Positions 12,284 to 28,054 of a DNA stretch of 64,000 bases are shown here, one piece after another; within the stretch, counting starts at the first letter, position 1, and every line of letters starts with the position of its first letter. The translations under genes were made by a program, and so were the position numbers. Below the pieces are notes generated by a model. That model made no database searches. It had not been told where the DNA came from and saw only the letters and a list, made by a program, of their open reading frames with translations. The stretch comes from Eledone cirrhosa (taxonomy: Eukaryota): assembly GCA_964016885.1 (NCBI GenBank), contig OZ024740.1:269700001-269764000 (forward strand). Direction: 5' to 3'.

Positions 12284-14195
12284 ATGTTACTACGTTTGCC
12301 AACACAAAAAAAAAATATAAGCACTAGCAATATTTTAAATTTGTCTCAGGCAGACATTCATTTCCCGCCATTACCAATGACTGCAGGTGTTAAAGCCTCC
12401 ACCACCACCACCACCACCGCGACAACCAGCACCACCACCACCACCGCGACAACAGAAACAAAAGAAGAAAAAAATAAATTAACTCGTGATGTCGAAATGA
12501 AATCAAGCAAAATGGACTCTTCCCCACCAAAGACGACTGACGTCACCACCACCACAACTGAAACTAAAATTAATATTAACACAAATAACGATAGCAACAA
12601 CAACAATGACATTATAAAAACGCCCCTCAGTTTTGCAATAGTAGCAAAACAGTTCGAAGCATATACGGTAACTCAGGAGGATTTAGAAAATGCCAAACAA
12701 ATGGTAAAGAAAGATGGGTACAGGGTTAGCCTCACCCTCCCCCACCTAATAAAATGGAGCATCGGCGCCTATGTACCGTGTCGTATAGAACAATAAATGT
12801 AAAATCGCGCCGAGTGGAACGGGCATCCGAGTCCCAAATCCAAAAAGCTTTGGGACATGTGTGGGCAAGAAAAACCCACATCAGACGTGGGCAAAAGTAT
12901 GGAACCGTGGACGTGTTCTTTGAAACACCAGAGGAGGCTAGAGAACACTCCATGGCCCCATTAAAAAGTGACGACTTCACACTCGTCCTAAGCTATTGTG
13001 GCCAGAGACTCGTAAAGATCAGGGTGACCCACGTTCCACCGGCCATCGAAATTCCCTGGCTAATAGCGGCCGTCCTCGCCGGCATCGAAGCCAACACGAA
13101 AATAATAGCAATAGCAAAAGAAAAGCAGGAAAACTGGTCCGGATCTGGGATGGAGCTCCTGATCCAAGCGGACCAAAAAAGCATTGAGGAGATCCCAGAG
13201 GTAATAAACCTCACTGACGGCAGCCACCTCACGGTAATTGTCGAGGGCAGAAGACCTAGGTGTGTCGTTTGTGGTGAAGGAACCCACCTAAGGGCTTTCT
13301 GCCCTCAGGCTAAAAGGTTGAGGCCACCTCTCCTACCCACCCCAGTGACACAACCATCAACACCACCAGTAGCAGAGATGGCAGCAACAACTGTAGCAGC
13401 AACAACAGAAGCAACTATAACAGCAACAACCCCAGCAACAGTAGCAAAACCAACACCACCACCACCACCAGCAAAACCAACACCACCACCACCCAACGCT
13501 TCAGAACTAGCACCAGCGCCTACACCATCCACCACGCCACAACCAAAACTAACGGCTGTGGAGGATTTTCGACTCCCCGGCCTATCACAACTGGAGAGAG
13601 ATTGTGACGACGAGGAGTGGGAAACGATATCCGGAAAAAAAAAGAAACCAAAAAAGAAAAAATTCTCTTCCTTCCCCCTCCAAAAACAAAATACAGAGGG
13701 AAACAAATAAATTAAGAAACAAAAAAGTTAAGACAGATATGCCACCATACACACCAGCATCACCAACCCCATCAACCCAAACACCAACACCATAACCATC
13801 ATTAACCCCAACACCACCATCACCTACACCACAAAAGTCACCAAAATGCGAAACAGAAACCAACCCACAACAAACGCAAACAAAACAAAACAACCAAAAT
13901 GATACACACTACACAGCATTAAATTTGAACAACAAGCAATTATTACACTACATCCAACACAACACCAGCATCACAGAAAAAGACTACACAACAACCCCAA
14001 AATTCACACCACCTCCACACATACAAATCACTCGCATCACCCAGAAAACGTACATGACACTAAAACAAAAATTCCCCAAAGACATCGGAAACTTCTGACA
14101 AGCACTCTCCAGGAGGATTTATAAGGACATCCTTCCTGAGGAGGCCACAAGCAGTGAAAAGGATGGAAAAACCGTCCTCCCCCTACGAGAAGTAA
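12284..14195 (+). pseudogene. Tx1 ORF1 of copy B, frameshifted
   Basis: CVVCGEGTHLRAFC knuckle; SYCGQRLVKIRVTHVPP shared with copy A; C-terminal domain at ~13900-14195 homologous to copy A. Confidence 0.85.
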
Positions 14196-14234
14196 GGTAA
14201 GTGGTCTTTCCCATCTTTTCCACTCCTTTTCAAC

Positions 14235-17200
14235 ATGACCTCACTCAGAATAGGCAGCATAAATGCGCGTGGCTTGGGGTCGTCATGGAAGCAGGGCCAC
14301 CTGCTCAACGACCTCAGGTCACTAAACATAGATGTAGTGGCCATCAGCGAGACCAGAATCTCCGAAGCACAGGCTTTCGCACCGATCTTCGGCGGCTACG
14401 ATGTGTACGCATCTCCTAGCCGCCCGGGATCGGGGGGAGGAGTTGCTGTGCTTTTTCGGAGAGGTTTGGATCTTGCCATACGGGCCATCTTCCTGGACCC
14501 AGAAGGTAAGTTGGTGGTGCTGGACATGACCAGCGGAGACGGGCAAGCTTTCAGGTTAGTGGCCGTCTATGCCCCGACAGGACCAGGGCGGCCTGATTTC
14601 TTCCGGGGTCTGGAGACCTTTCTTGGAACGTCCCGCTCTTTAGTGTTAGTGGGCGACTGGAACGGGATCTTAGATGCACGCTGGGATTGTGTGGGATTAG
14701 TGGATAGGGAATGAGGGTGCAAGAGTCTCACCAACCTGCTCAGACGTTTTGAACTGTCTGACAGGTACCGAATGGATTTCCCGTATGTACCAATGTGGAC
14801 TTGAACAAATCGCATAGGGTCATCCAGATCATATCTAGATAGAGTATTTTGTAGGGAAATAGATAGGTCTAGCATAGGCTGTCCACAATTCAAGATAGTC
14901 AGCTACACGGACCACAAATTCGTGATCTGTGTGCTTGACTTAGATAGGCTTCATAGACGAGGACCCGGCTACTGGAAGCTAAACGCGTCCTTACCAGCGC
15001 GCAAGGCCTACAGAGACCGGATTAGCGAACTAGTTAAGCGGGCGTTGACGGGGGCCATCGTCAACAACAAGTGGTGGTTTGCTCTGAAAAGAGCGATTAG
15101 AATAGAGTCCATTAGGTTTAGTAAGACTTTAGCAATAGAGAAAAATAGAGCAGAGGGAGAATTAGTTAGAAAATTAGATGAGGCGCTTAGCAAAGGCATC
15201 GCGACCGACGTACTTGCGGCGAAATTGGCCCTTGACCAATTCTTCAATGCAAAGCACGAAGGCTGCGTTGTCAGAGCTAGGGTGCGTGCTCTCAGACACG
15301 AGGTGACGAAAGCCGTTCAATGGGCCCGAGTGGCGGAGGCGCGTCGTGGCAACAAAGCCACGATCCGGTCTTTGGTGGACCACGACGGGCGCATGCTACT
15401 CGATCCCGGGCAAATGTGTGAAGCTTTTCAGCGACACTTCGCTCAAATGTTCGGGGGCAGTGGCGGGCCGGATCGAGGGATGGACTTTAGTGTCTACCTC
15501 GACGGACTGCCGCGGCTTTCGGCCACTGAGGCGGAGTGTTGCGAAAAGCCGATAACAACCGCTGAAGTACGGGATGCAATGACTAGTTGCACAAGGGGTA
15601 AATCGCCTGGTTTGGATGGTCTGCCCTATGAACTTTACGTACAAATGCCAAACTTCTTCGGAGGCCTCTTGGCGGACGTCTACTGCAACTGGCAACAGAA
15701 CGGGAGATTTCCCAGCTCTGTGAGCTGAGGAGCGGTGGCGCTGCTGAGAAAGGATCCGAACAAGGGGGATAACATAGATAATTTTAGGCCCATAACTCTG
15801 CAAAACACAGAGTTCAAGATTTTGGCCAAGGTGCTAGCAAAGAGGTTGGCGCTTGTCGTTGGTGGTCTGGTGGGAGAGGCACAGACATGCGCCCTTCCCG
15901 ACAGATCCATCCACGACAACCTCCAGCTCATGCGATACATCGTAGAGAGGGTAGCTAGGGAACCTGGCACACGGTGGGTCTTTGATCAATTTAGATCAGT
16001 CGAAAGCCTTCGATAGGGTCGGCCATCGTTACCTAGCGGCAGTCCTGAGGGCGGCTGGCTTTGAGCCCGTTTTCAGAGGCTGGATCGCTGCCATGCACAG
16101 CGACATCTGCTCTGTAGTGATAGTGAACGGTCACCTTTCGGAACCGTTCAACATCATGCGCTCGGTCCGCCAAGGATGTCCCCTCTCGTCCCTATTGTAC
16201 GTATTGACACTCGAGCCATTACTGCACAAACTGGAGACGTTGAGGGGGGTCCCGCGCGAACTAGGATGCGGAAGATCCGTGTCAGCATATGCCGACGATG
16301 TCACCGTAGTGGTGTCGAACGCCAAACACATCGAGGCGATCGGCACTACACTAAGAGAATACCAAGCGGTGACAGGAGCAAAGATAAATCAGGAAAAGTC
16401 GGTGGGCTTGCAGCTCGGCACCTGGAGAGGCAAGTCCATGCCGTCCAACAGCGTCGTCGGGTGCTGGACAGACGGACCGGTTAAATTGCTAGGGGTCTGG
16501 TTCGGTCCAGACCTCCAGACGGACAAAAACTGGGACGAGGTGACGAGCAGGGTGGCTTCTCTCACCCAGAAATGGGCAGAGAGGAAGCTATCCATGAAAG
16601 GTCGAGCGGAGGTGGCTAACGCGTACATCGCGTCCGTCATCTACTACCGCCTGACCGTCGTACCTTGTCCTAAGCCCCGCCTGACTGCGCTGGAGCGTTT
16701 GCTCTTTCACTTCTTGTGAAAGGGACGCGCTCCGATGGTCAGGCGGTCCATCTGCTGTCAACACCCGCTACGTGGAGGGCTGGGCATGCCGTGGCTGATG
16801 ATGCGCAGACACGCGCTCAGGCTACGAAATCTCCACCTCTTCCTCGACGGTGATCAGGTGTGGTCGCCGTTTGATAGACGCGTTTTTCCCCAGCTCGTCT
16901 CCTTGACGGAGCTGCAGTCCTGGGTCAAGCGAAGACCGAGAGGGAGCGCTTGGAGACTGGAATGTCTTCAGGCGCTCACAGCCCTCGACCAATCGGGCAA
17001 TGTGATCGGTGGAAACTCTACCTTGGCGTTTCTATAGGGGATTAGTGGAGGGGAAGAGCGACGACGTACTTGGAGAAACTCTAGGCGTCGACGAAAATCA
17101 ACTAGCCAATCTCTTCGGAAGGACTTTCGGGCCGGGGCCTATGGACAACTTCCAGAAATCCCTGGCCGGGCAGTGCTACCGAGGAGCTTTGCCAGTTCGG

Positions 17201-17656
17201 GATAAACTCTACAGGCATGGAGGTGCCGTCAGCCGGGCATGTCCGAGATGCGCGCAGGGCGACGAAACCGTCCTGCACGCACTCGTCCAGTGTCCGAGCA
17301 TTGCTGACTTGTGGGTTTATGTCGAACACCTGCTGTCACGTGTAGGACGGATCCAGCTATCAGCTGAGTCCACCGTGAGGATTGCCCCGCCCCCTTCCTT
17401 TAGCCGGGAAGGGCAGGCAGTTTTTATCTGTCTGGTGGCCATGGCGAAAGAGATAGTATGGTGGACACGTTTGAAAGGGCTGAAGACGAGCACTTACCTC
17501 TTCGGTGATGCCCTGATTAACTTTTTCAAATTTCATTTGAAAAGGAAAATCAGGGTAGAGAGGGAAGTGCTCTCTTCCCAGCATTTTGTTGAAAGATGGG
17601 TGAGAGAAGCAAGTATGGCTCGAATGAATGGGCCTTCTCTGAGTATGTGTCTGTAA
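14235..17656 (+). pseudogene. Tx1 ORF2 of copy B (APE-RT-Zn), disrupted
   Basis: GSINARGL, VYAP, VGDWN, GYWKLN, KSPGLDGLP, DQSKAFDRV, RQGCPLS, YADD, CPRC...ETVLHALVQC. Confidence 0.93.
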
Positions 17657-17900
17657 ATTAAAGGTGGAAAACTGGGAGAGGGCACTTGCCCTGGTGGTCA
17701 GGGCCACTGTGGTCTTTTAATGGGCTTTCTCCACAAATGTCCCTCGGAAGTCTCCCCCCTATTGGGGAATTTTTCTTTGTTATTTTATTTCATCCTCTGT
17801 TTTTTTTACACGCAGAAATGCCCATTTGTACCGTCCTGTATTGTCCTGTACTGTCCTTAATGTCTACTTTATGTAAACCCTTGTGGTTAATAAAGAAAAC

Positions 17901-17931
<31 letters not shown>

Positions 17932-17939
17932 GTATTATT

Positions 17940-18404
17940 GTTCTTTGAGTCTCAGTCATTGATGTTAGTTAACTGGAAAGTTTGTTGAAATGAATATCAA
18001 GCCACTACCTGCAACCTCAGATATTCAGGACGTATCGGAGGGTTCTTGCTGTTCCCAGCAAGCATGCCTTATGAAGTGTTCCAAAATGCGGGGCGGTACC
18101 AATTTTCTTTAACCATCCTTGGAAACTCTTTGAGATAGTACCTAGTGCGCCTATGACAATCGGGACCACTTTGACTTCATGGCAGTTCCAAATACTTTTT
18201 ACCCCCCACTTTAAAACCTGGTATCGGTTTATTTTCTCCCTCTCCTCCTCTTGCACTCTCGTGTCGAATGGGCAGGCCACATCCACAATCAGGCACGATC
18301 TTTTTTCCTTGTCCAAAACCACCAGGTCAGGTCTATGGTGTTCCAGTTTCTTGTCTGTCTGTATCCTAAAATCCCATAGCACCTTCACCTGATCGTTTTC
18401 ATCG
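17940..18404 (-). mobile_element. 5'-truncated R4/Dong-like RLE fragment (second family)
   Basis: VLWDFRIQTD...HRPDLVV...IVDVACP...VPIVIGALG...LLGTARTLR; (TTA)n on both sides. Confidence 0.85.
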
Positions 18405-18430
18405 TTATTATTATTATTATTATTATTATT

Positions 18431-20952
<2,522 letters not shown>

Positions 20953-22234
20953 TTATCATACGTGCATAAAGTTTATTATACTTTTCCACCGGAATTATGC
21001 CATTATCATACTTCAACAATATGCATATGCATCTCCTCAACAGCTTTCTTTACTTCAATTACATTACTCTGTTTTCTCTTAACATCACTCATTCCTCCAA
21101 TTAGTCAACCGATCACATTTGCGGCACCTTTACATTGTATTTCTTCTTTCATGCATTTCAAATAGTAGCTTTTGGCAATTCATCAGTTTTCGTTTCTGAT
21201 CTTTTTTTTAAAGCGTTTCCTTAATAGAAGCCATATCAATTAAAAATGGCTGCATTAGATGGTTTTGTGAAAGGCTGTTATCTGGCTGTGGTGATTTTGC
21301 TCACAAGGTGTTCAAAATCTTTTTATAGTTTCTTTTAATTATTTGGTCCATCTATCGCAATTGATGTTATACCATACTAAAGTTTTCTCGTTCAATCTTA
21401 CTTGCTGTTATCAAATAACTGCTGGAGACACCAATGACTTATTACGTAATTCATAAAATCACTTTACGCAGGTATTTTTGTGTTTCATCTTTTTTTTTGT
21501 CTTTGTTTTGTTTCTTTTCTGATAATCCAATGAAACCCGTTCCCGAATCCAAGTTGTAAATGAATTCATCTCAGGTTATAGATTTAGCTATATCTATATA
21601 AATAGTCCACGTTTCTTAACAGAACATTAGAGTAATCTCACACAAAAACACTATATACTTCTTGAATGCTTTAGTTATTCCTTTCTATTTTATATTACTA
21701 TCTAACAAACCGGTTTAAATTGTTTTATTTTCTACGTGTGACATATATCCTTCAATTTTTCCTTATCATGTATGATTATTGAGCACTTAAGTGTCCATGT
21801 TTATGAAGTTTCTCTTTACTGTTTCTCTGCATTTTCCCAACCATTCAGTTCTTCCTCTCTAGATATGTTCCAAGTTTCAGTGAGTTAAAATGTGTATTAA
21901 AACACAAGCAATATGACACTACTCTGCCATTTGTAAGTTTTCGTTCAGATTTCACTGAAGCAAATTCCAATGATAGAAACATCTACATATATAAAGATTC
22001 CTTCTTTCAATTCAATAGCGAAACTCAGACACTGTCCATTCTTTACAATGCATACAGTAAAAGCACTATACGATCGTCATCCAATAACATGAGACAACTC
22101 ACACAACACATATTCCATAGAATGGACACAAATTAAGTTAACACAGCTCAGATAACACGTATTTTATGCAATCACGACCCAATAGAATAACACATACTTC
22201 TCACATTATAAGATATATACCAAACGCCAGACAG

Positions 22235-22419
22235 TACAAGGGTCGGCTAAAAAGTCCAAAGGGGAAGAAAGACTGATGCTAGAGCTGTGAATTATGGTAT
22301 GTATTAATTTCAAATCTTCTTATTAATAACTATATTGAAAAATAAACCTTATTTGGTCATCCCATAAGCGTATTTTGTCAGCTTATTTCGGCCAATGAAC
22401 TTTTTAAGCAACCCTCGTA
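22235..22419. mobile_element. Mariner-type MITE, copy 1
   Basis: TACAAGGGTCGGCTAAAAAGTCCA ... TGAACTTTTTAAGCAACCCTCGTA imperfect TIRs with TA ends. Confidence 0.75.
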
Positions 22420-22561
22420 TATTGAGAAAATAACGAATTCCAAATGTATTCGTCGCAATGTGAATTTTTTAAACAATTGCTGTTTAACATGAATGTTTAA
22501 TATGGGTTCAAATCTTGCAATGAATAAATAGAAAAGATGAGATAAACTCTGTTTGCTGTAC

Positions 22562-22756
22562 TACCAGGGTTGGTTAAAAGGTTCAAACGCTGACTACAAA
22601 GGAGTGAGGCTAGAGCTGTGAAATCTTGTATGCATTCATTTCAAATATTCCTATTAATAACTGAATTTATTCTATCTACGTTAAAAAATAAACCTCATTT
22701 AGTCATTCCACGAGCGTATCTTGTTCAGCCTATGAGCCTTTCAACCGACCCTCGTA
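22562..22756. mobile_element. Mariner-type MITE, copy 2
   Basis: TACCAGGGTTGGTTAAAAGGTTCA ... TGAGCCTTTCAACCGACCCTCGTA; interior homologous to copy 1. Confidence 0.75.
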
Positions 22757-23234
22757 TACTATATGCTGAACACAACTACCGATTCATATAATTCCCATTC
22801 TACACAACTGCCGCCCAATACTATATTGTATTTCACACAATATGTATCTACTTAATCATCACTCAGCTCAACACAATAGCAAATAACTTTCACAATATAC
22901 ACGAAATATGATCACCATTAACCAAAATTACATTACTCTCAGAGCATATATTCTACAAAAATGCAAAAAGCATTAAAATAAGCCCCACAAACCCCATTCG
23001 ATATTGCCAAAATACAATGTGCCTGGTAATGCATGGGAACCGGTTAGACAATGTAAAAATATTATGGAACCACAAAATAGCTCATAATTAGCATTGCATA
23101 ATTTTACATAACGACAATGACAATACTGTACTAATTATCGACATGGCAATGCCAACTATTTAAGATAACTAAAGTAGCCCGCATACTGCTTTAGCAGTTT
23201 ATTAACTGTCACGACAAATAAATGACTTCAAGTA

Positions 23235-23430
23235 TAAGCACAAGACCATTAATTTGGGGGGAGGGGAAAGTCGATTAAATGGATCCCAGTACGTTACATG
23301 GTGCTTAATTTTATCGACCCTATAAGAGTGAAAGGCAAAGTTAACCTCGGCGGAATTTGATCTCATTATAAAGGGCCGTAACTCTGTGCTGAAAAGCATG
23401 GTATCCGACTCTACCGATACTGCTAATCCA
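23235..23430 (-). mobile_element. SINE S1, diverged
   Basis: Core TTTTATCGACCC...GAAAGGCAAAGTTAACCTCGGCGG. Confidence 0.8.
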
Positions 23431-24157
23431 CATCTGTCATGACAAATAAATAAAATGACGTATATTACGACAGTGCAAAGAGAATTAGGACCGCTTTCGA
23501 CATTACATACATTCTGCGTTGATCTAATTTCATTAACAATTCTTTTTCTCAAAATTTCTCGACTAAAAGCAGATAGGGAACTTTTGACATGCAAAATATT
23601 AATGCCTAGCTTCACCTAAAAAATCCCTATATAAACAAAATAGTGTCACAAGAGGCTATAATCAACTGCAAACTAGACAATCAGTACAAGGAAGAATACA
23701 GTCCCATTAATTTTAACTGTTCAGTTTTTGTAAAAAAAAAGCATATCCTTAATCATAATCAAGTAGGCAAACATACTCATTGGGTATTATGCCGACATCG
23801 TGAAGAGTTATGTTATAATATTGTAATAATAATTAACTATCATGACTTATGATTCATCTTCTTACCAGAATTGCGTATAACTTTACATTACAGCGAAAAT
23901 CTTATAAGTAGTAATTAAACACTTAGTTGAGCTATAGTTGGTTTTACTCTCGCAAAGTTACCGACGTATGACAGGACAGACTCAGCGTACTTTTATATTC
24001 ATACATGTCATCTTCTTACAACGTGACCCATTCATACAATATAACTTCTTGGGTTTCAAGAGTAACTAAATTTTCCTCATACAGAAAACATGAATTTCCA
24101 TTTATGAAGTTGAAGTTTCTCGAATGATTTAACTAAAGGCCTACATACAGTATAGAC

Positions 24158-24438
24158 CAGGCATGTGCATCCTTTTTCGAGAAGTGGGCCGCATGAGATA
24201 TGGCTCATCATCAGGCGGGCACAAGCGCTAAATTACATTCGTGCTCTAAAGGGTGGTAACTCAGGTTGTTTTAATTTGTTATTTGAGAATTCGTACACGT
24301 TATTTTCCTCGATCGTAAAAATGATAGAAAGATAAATTACGACTGAAAATTTTGGGTAAGAAAATCAGAAAGATTTCACTTAGGTAACTTAGGCAAGCCA
24401 TTCAGAAAGCTTCGCGGGCAGCAGGTTGTCTATGACTG
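24158..24438. mobile_element. hAT (Charlie-like) MITE with 8-bp TSD
   Basis: CAGGCATGTGCATCCT ... AGGTTGTCTATGACTG termini; GTATAGAC duplicated at 24150-24157 and 24439-24446. Confidence 0.8.
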
Positions 24439-25619
24439 GTATAGACCCTAGACAAAAACTGCTAGCTATTTCTGAGCTGTGTAGAATGCATATGTTTCAA
24501 ACTTCTTTCTCACTATTTCACGTTTTCCTGCTTGGGTTCTGATTGACAACTGACAACTCGTCTTCTATCCATGCAACGCAATGCCAAGCATTTCACAATT
24601 ATCAAAATCTTTTCTTTTTTTGTCATTAAACTGTTTGGTATTATTATATTTTCATTTTGAGTGAGCAGAGTTGTCTCATATATATAGAGCTTTAGCTTTT
24701 TTTAATTGTTGCAGTTTTGTCCGCGGGACAAAATTCTAACACCATCCTGCCCTATGCCCAGAGCCCTCCCCCCCTTCTTCTGTGACTCAAGAGTCCAGTC
24801 ATTTTACTTCCTTTTCCTTTCATTGATAGTATTTATAATCTTTTCCTCTACTTTGCCATACAGCCAGATGTACCTTTCTCTACCCCCTTGCCTTTTCTTC
24901 TCATTAGCTAATTTTATTTTTATCTTTCTTTTTCATATCTATCTAATTATCAATGATTTTGAAGCCAAATTTGTGAGTTTAATTTGAATAAGATTTCTGT
25001 TTTCATCTTTATAAAAGAAAATAACAAGTGATTCAGCTGTTTAATGTGGCATTTCATTGTAATGGACTGTCCAGAATGTCCTATGTTTTAAGTAATAATA
25101 GCATTTATTTATGTGATCCAGATAGTGTATTTGTATGTGTTTGATCAGTGAACAGGAATAACGTAAATGTACATCTTCAATGGTTGGTTAAACATATCGC
25201 ACATGTATGTTATGCAGTCAACATAGATAGAACACAAAGACAACAAACGATGGATGAGTATGAAATGATAGATTACGTTTAAATGGGTAAGGTAAATTAA
25301 ATATGTACCAGCAGAAATTATTAGCTAGAAAAAAGGTAATAGCTAATTTAGAAGAGGCTGTTAGAAATGACTTTCCTTTACGCTAACTAATAAACTGCGT
25401 TGTGCAAAGTCAGGTGCGTGCATTAAAGTTTAAGAGCACTAAAGCTGTTTGCATCATGTTTGCATAAGCACACATCAATGCCTTATTTTGCCAACAATTT
25501 GATATTCTTTGGAACTTTAATTGCAGAATCACCATTATTATTTTGAAACTGTATTCCCAGTTCTTCCGCAAACTTCGTACTTTCCCTTGTGACTCAATGT
25601 TATTATTATTATTGTTGCA

Positions 25620-25812
25620 GTGGATTGGCAGTATCGGTAGAGGGTCGGACGCCATGCTTTGACACATAGAGTTACAGCCCTTGCCATTCTGAGTTCAAAT
25701 CCCGCCGAGGTTAACTTTGCCTTTCATCCTTACGGGGTCGATAAAATAAAGTACCAGTAATGTACTGGGTAATTGCCGGTCTTGTGCCAAAAGTAGAAAC
25801 AATTATTATTAT
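25620..25812 (+). mobile_element. SINE S1, full length
   Basis: A-box, B-box, core and (ATT)n tail. Confidence 0.9.
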
Positions 25813-25814
25813 TG

Positions 25815-26015
25815 GTGTATTAGCAGTATCAGTAGAGCGTCAGAGACCATGCTTTGCAGCATAACGTTCTAAGTTCAAATCCTGCTGAGATTAGCTGAGA
25901 TTTTTTTCTCCTTACGAGGTCGATAAAATAAAGTACCAGTAATGCACTGGGGTCGATTTAATAGACTTTCCACTTCCCCCAAATTGCTGGCTTTTTGCCT
26001 AAAGTAGAATTGATA
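25815..26015 (+). mobile_element. SINE S1, diverged tandem copy
   Basis: Degenerate head and intact GGTCGATAAAATAAAGTACCAGTAATGCACTGGG. Confidence 0.75.
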
Positions 26016-26530
26016 ATAATTATAAGTATCATTGTTATTGTTCTTATTATCATTAACAGAAGAAGAACATAAATTTCAGTTATGTAACTTTATTGCATAA
26101 CCGTACGATATCCTGTGTACCATAGGTAAATATAACTTACATTCTGGTTTTGTATTTCGAACTGTTTTTAAATTTATTTCTGTAATATGTTTACAGCATT
26201 TATTAAGCCGATTTTCCGTATGTTGTTTATACACGTAGATCTTTGATTTTTGTACATGCATTTGACTGCATTCTTTTAATTATTGCTTTCAATCCACCCA
26301 TTCTGACAATTTTTTTATTCATTTATTACCATCAAAGGCTTAATGGATTGTAACATCTCCATTACTTATTTCTGTCTTATTCTTGTTTTATAAGTCGTTC
26401 TACCTTTATTGTCAAGGCTGCTAAGTTACGTGACATATGTGGGCACAAAATAAACGACAGCAGTTTTACGCAGGTTTAAACAAACACGGACTCACATTTA
26501 TATATAAATATGTGGGTGTGTGTGTTGGAC

Positions 26531-26610
<80 letters not shown>

Positions 26611-26700
26611 GTAGGAGGTGAGTTTTATTGTAGTACAATAAAGCAATGCAGATATCGGATAAGAAGCACTCTACAGTTTGTGGGACTGGAGTATGCATAA

Positions 26701-26948
26701 TATAAGATCAAAAGATGGTTAAAGGAGTTCAATATATTTTATTATGCGCATTTCAAAAACAAACATCATCAAATAATAATATTTATGTTGATTTAAAACT
26801 GCACTATCAACAAGTGTTTTTTTAGCCTTCATATCATGTTCTCCTGTTTTATCTGATGAAAACACAAATATTATTATTTGATGATGTTTGTTTTTGAAAT
26901 GCGCATAATAAAATATATTGAACTCCTTTAACCATCTTTTGATCTTAT
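26701..26948. mobile_element. Head-to-head inverted repeat (~85-bp arms), probable Penelope pseudo-LTR remnant next to (TA)n
   Basis: 26701-26784 is the reverse complement of 26866-26949; the right side carries a hammerhead. Confidence 0.75.
26845..26915 (+). ncRNA. Type I hammerhead ribozyme
   Basis: TTTTAT-CTGATGA-15-bp stem II (one mismatch)-GAAA-T-GCGC-A-TA-ATAAAA. Confidence 0.8.
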
Positions 26949-27014
26949 ATATATGTATATATATATATATGTATGTATATATACATACATATATATATAT
27001 ATATACATATATAC

Positions 27015-27079
<65 letters not shown>

Positions 27080-27102
27080 CATATATACATATATATATAC
27101 AC

Positions 27103-27133
<31 letters not shown>

Positions 27134-27156
27134 TATACATACACACACACACACAC

Positions 27157-27219
<63 letters not shown>

Positions 27220-27245
27220 CATACATATATACATACATATATAAT

Positions 27246-27556
27246 AAATGTAATCTGAGTCTTTCGAATGTTAATAATTGTTTCTACTTTAGGCACAAGG
27301 CCAGCAATTACCCAGCAATTACCAGTGCATTACTGGTACTTTATTTTTTCGAATGTTAATAATAACAGTCGATTCGTTTGCAATTATGCAAACAAGCCTC
27401 AACTTTAGAGCCATGTCAGTTCTGTTCACATTCCAACACAAAAGCAAGAATGAAGGGTTCATTCTACTGACATGGCTATAAAATTGAGGCTTGTTTGCAT
27501 AATTGCAAACGACTGGAATGTTATTATTAATATTCGAAAAACTCAGATTACATTTA
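27246..27556. repeat. Foldback inverted repeat interrupted by a SINE 3' fragment
   Basis: Arms 27246-27278 plus 27347-27420 versus 27466-27556; SINE piece flanked by TTTCGAATGTTAATAAT duplication. Confidence 0.75.
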
Positions 27557-27717
27557 TTGTATTCAGCTATGTAGAGCGAACATTTTCTTTTTTACACACA
27601 CACACATATATATACACACACACACACATATATACACACACACACACACACACATACACACACAAACACACATGCACACAAACACACACACACACAGACA
27701 CACAAACACACATGCAT

Positions 27718-27803
<86 letters not shown>

Positions 27804-27909
27804 ATATCTGTATATATATATATTATTTATTTATATATGTTCATACACGGAACAAAAGCGCTACTTAAGTTTTCAAAAGCTCGTTGGAATTATGTTATGG
27901 TAATGACAG

Positions 27910-27992
27910 AATTCCGACGAGCGTTTGATTCCAGAGTCGGGCTAGATCGATACAGATCGAGTCTTGAGCTGATCAATCGCGAAACGCGCGTC
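27910..27992 (+). ncRNA. Degenerate type I hammerhead (Penelope pLTR remnant)
   Basis: CCGACGA-GCG...CGC-GAAA-C-GCGC-G-TC then AATAAA; U4C change and unpaired stem I. Confidence 0.5.
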
Positions 27993-28054
27993 ACACCTCA
28001 ATAAATTGAATAAAGATCTAACACTTCGACCTTTTTATTATATATATAAAACTC

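Larger units (their letters stand above)
11997..17938 (+). mobile_element. L1/Tx1-clade LINE copy B, near full length, head-to-tail after copy A
   Basis: Starts right after the (TTA)n tail of copy A and ends CCCTTGTGGTTAATAAAG + (TTA)n. Confidence 0.92.

Noticed and set aside
25620-25710. tRNA gene (A and B boxes)
   Set aside because: No cloverleaf; it continues into the SINE core and tail and is multi-copy
26437-27903. Many ORFs rich in YI/CV/HT dipeptides (also at 30-33, 38-40, 49-53 and 57-60 kb)
   Set aside because: They are translations of (TA)n, (CA)n and (TG)n microsatellites, not genes
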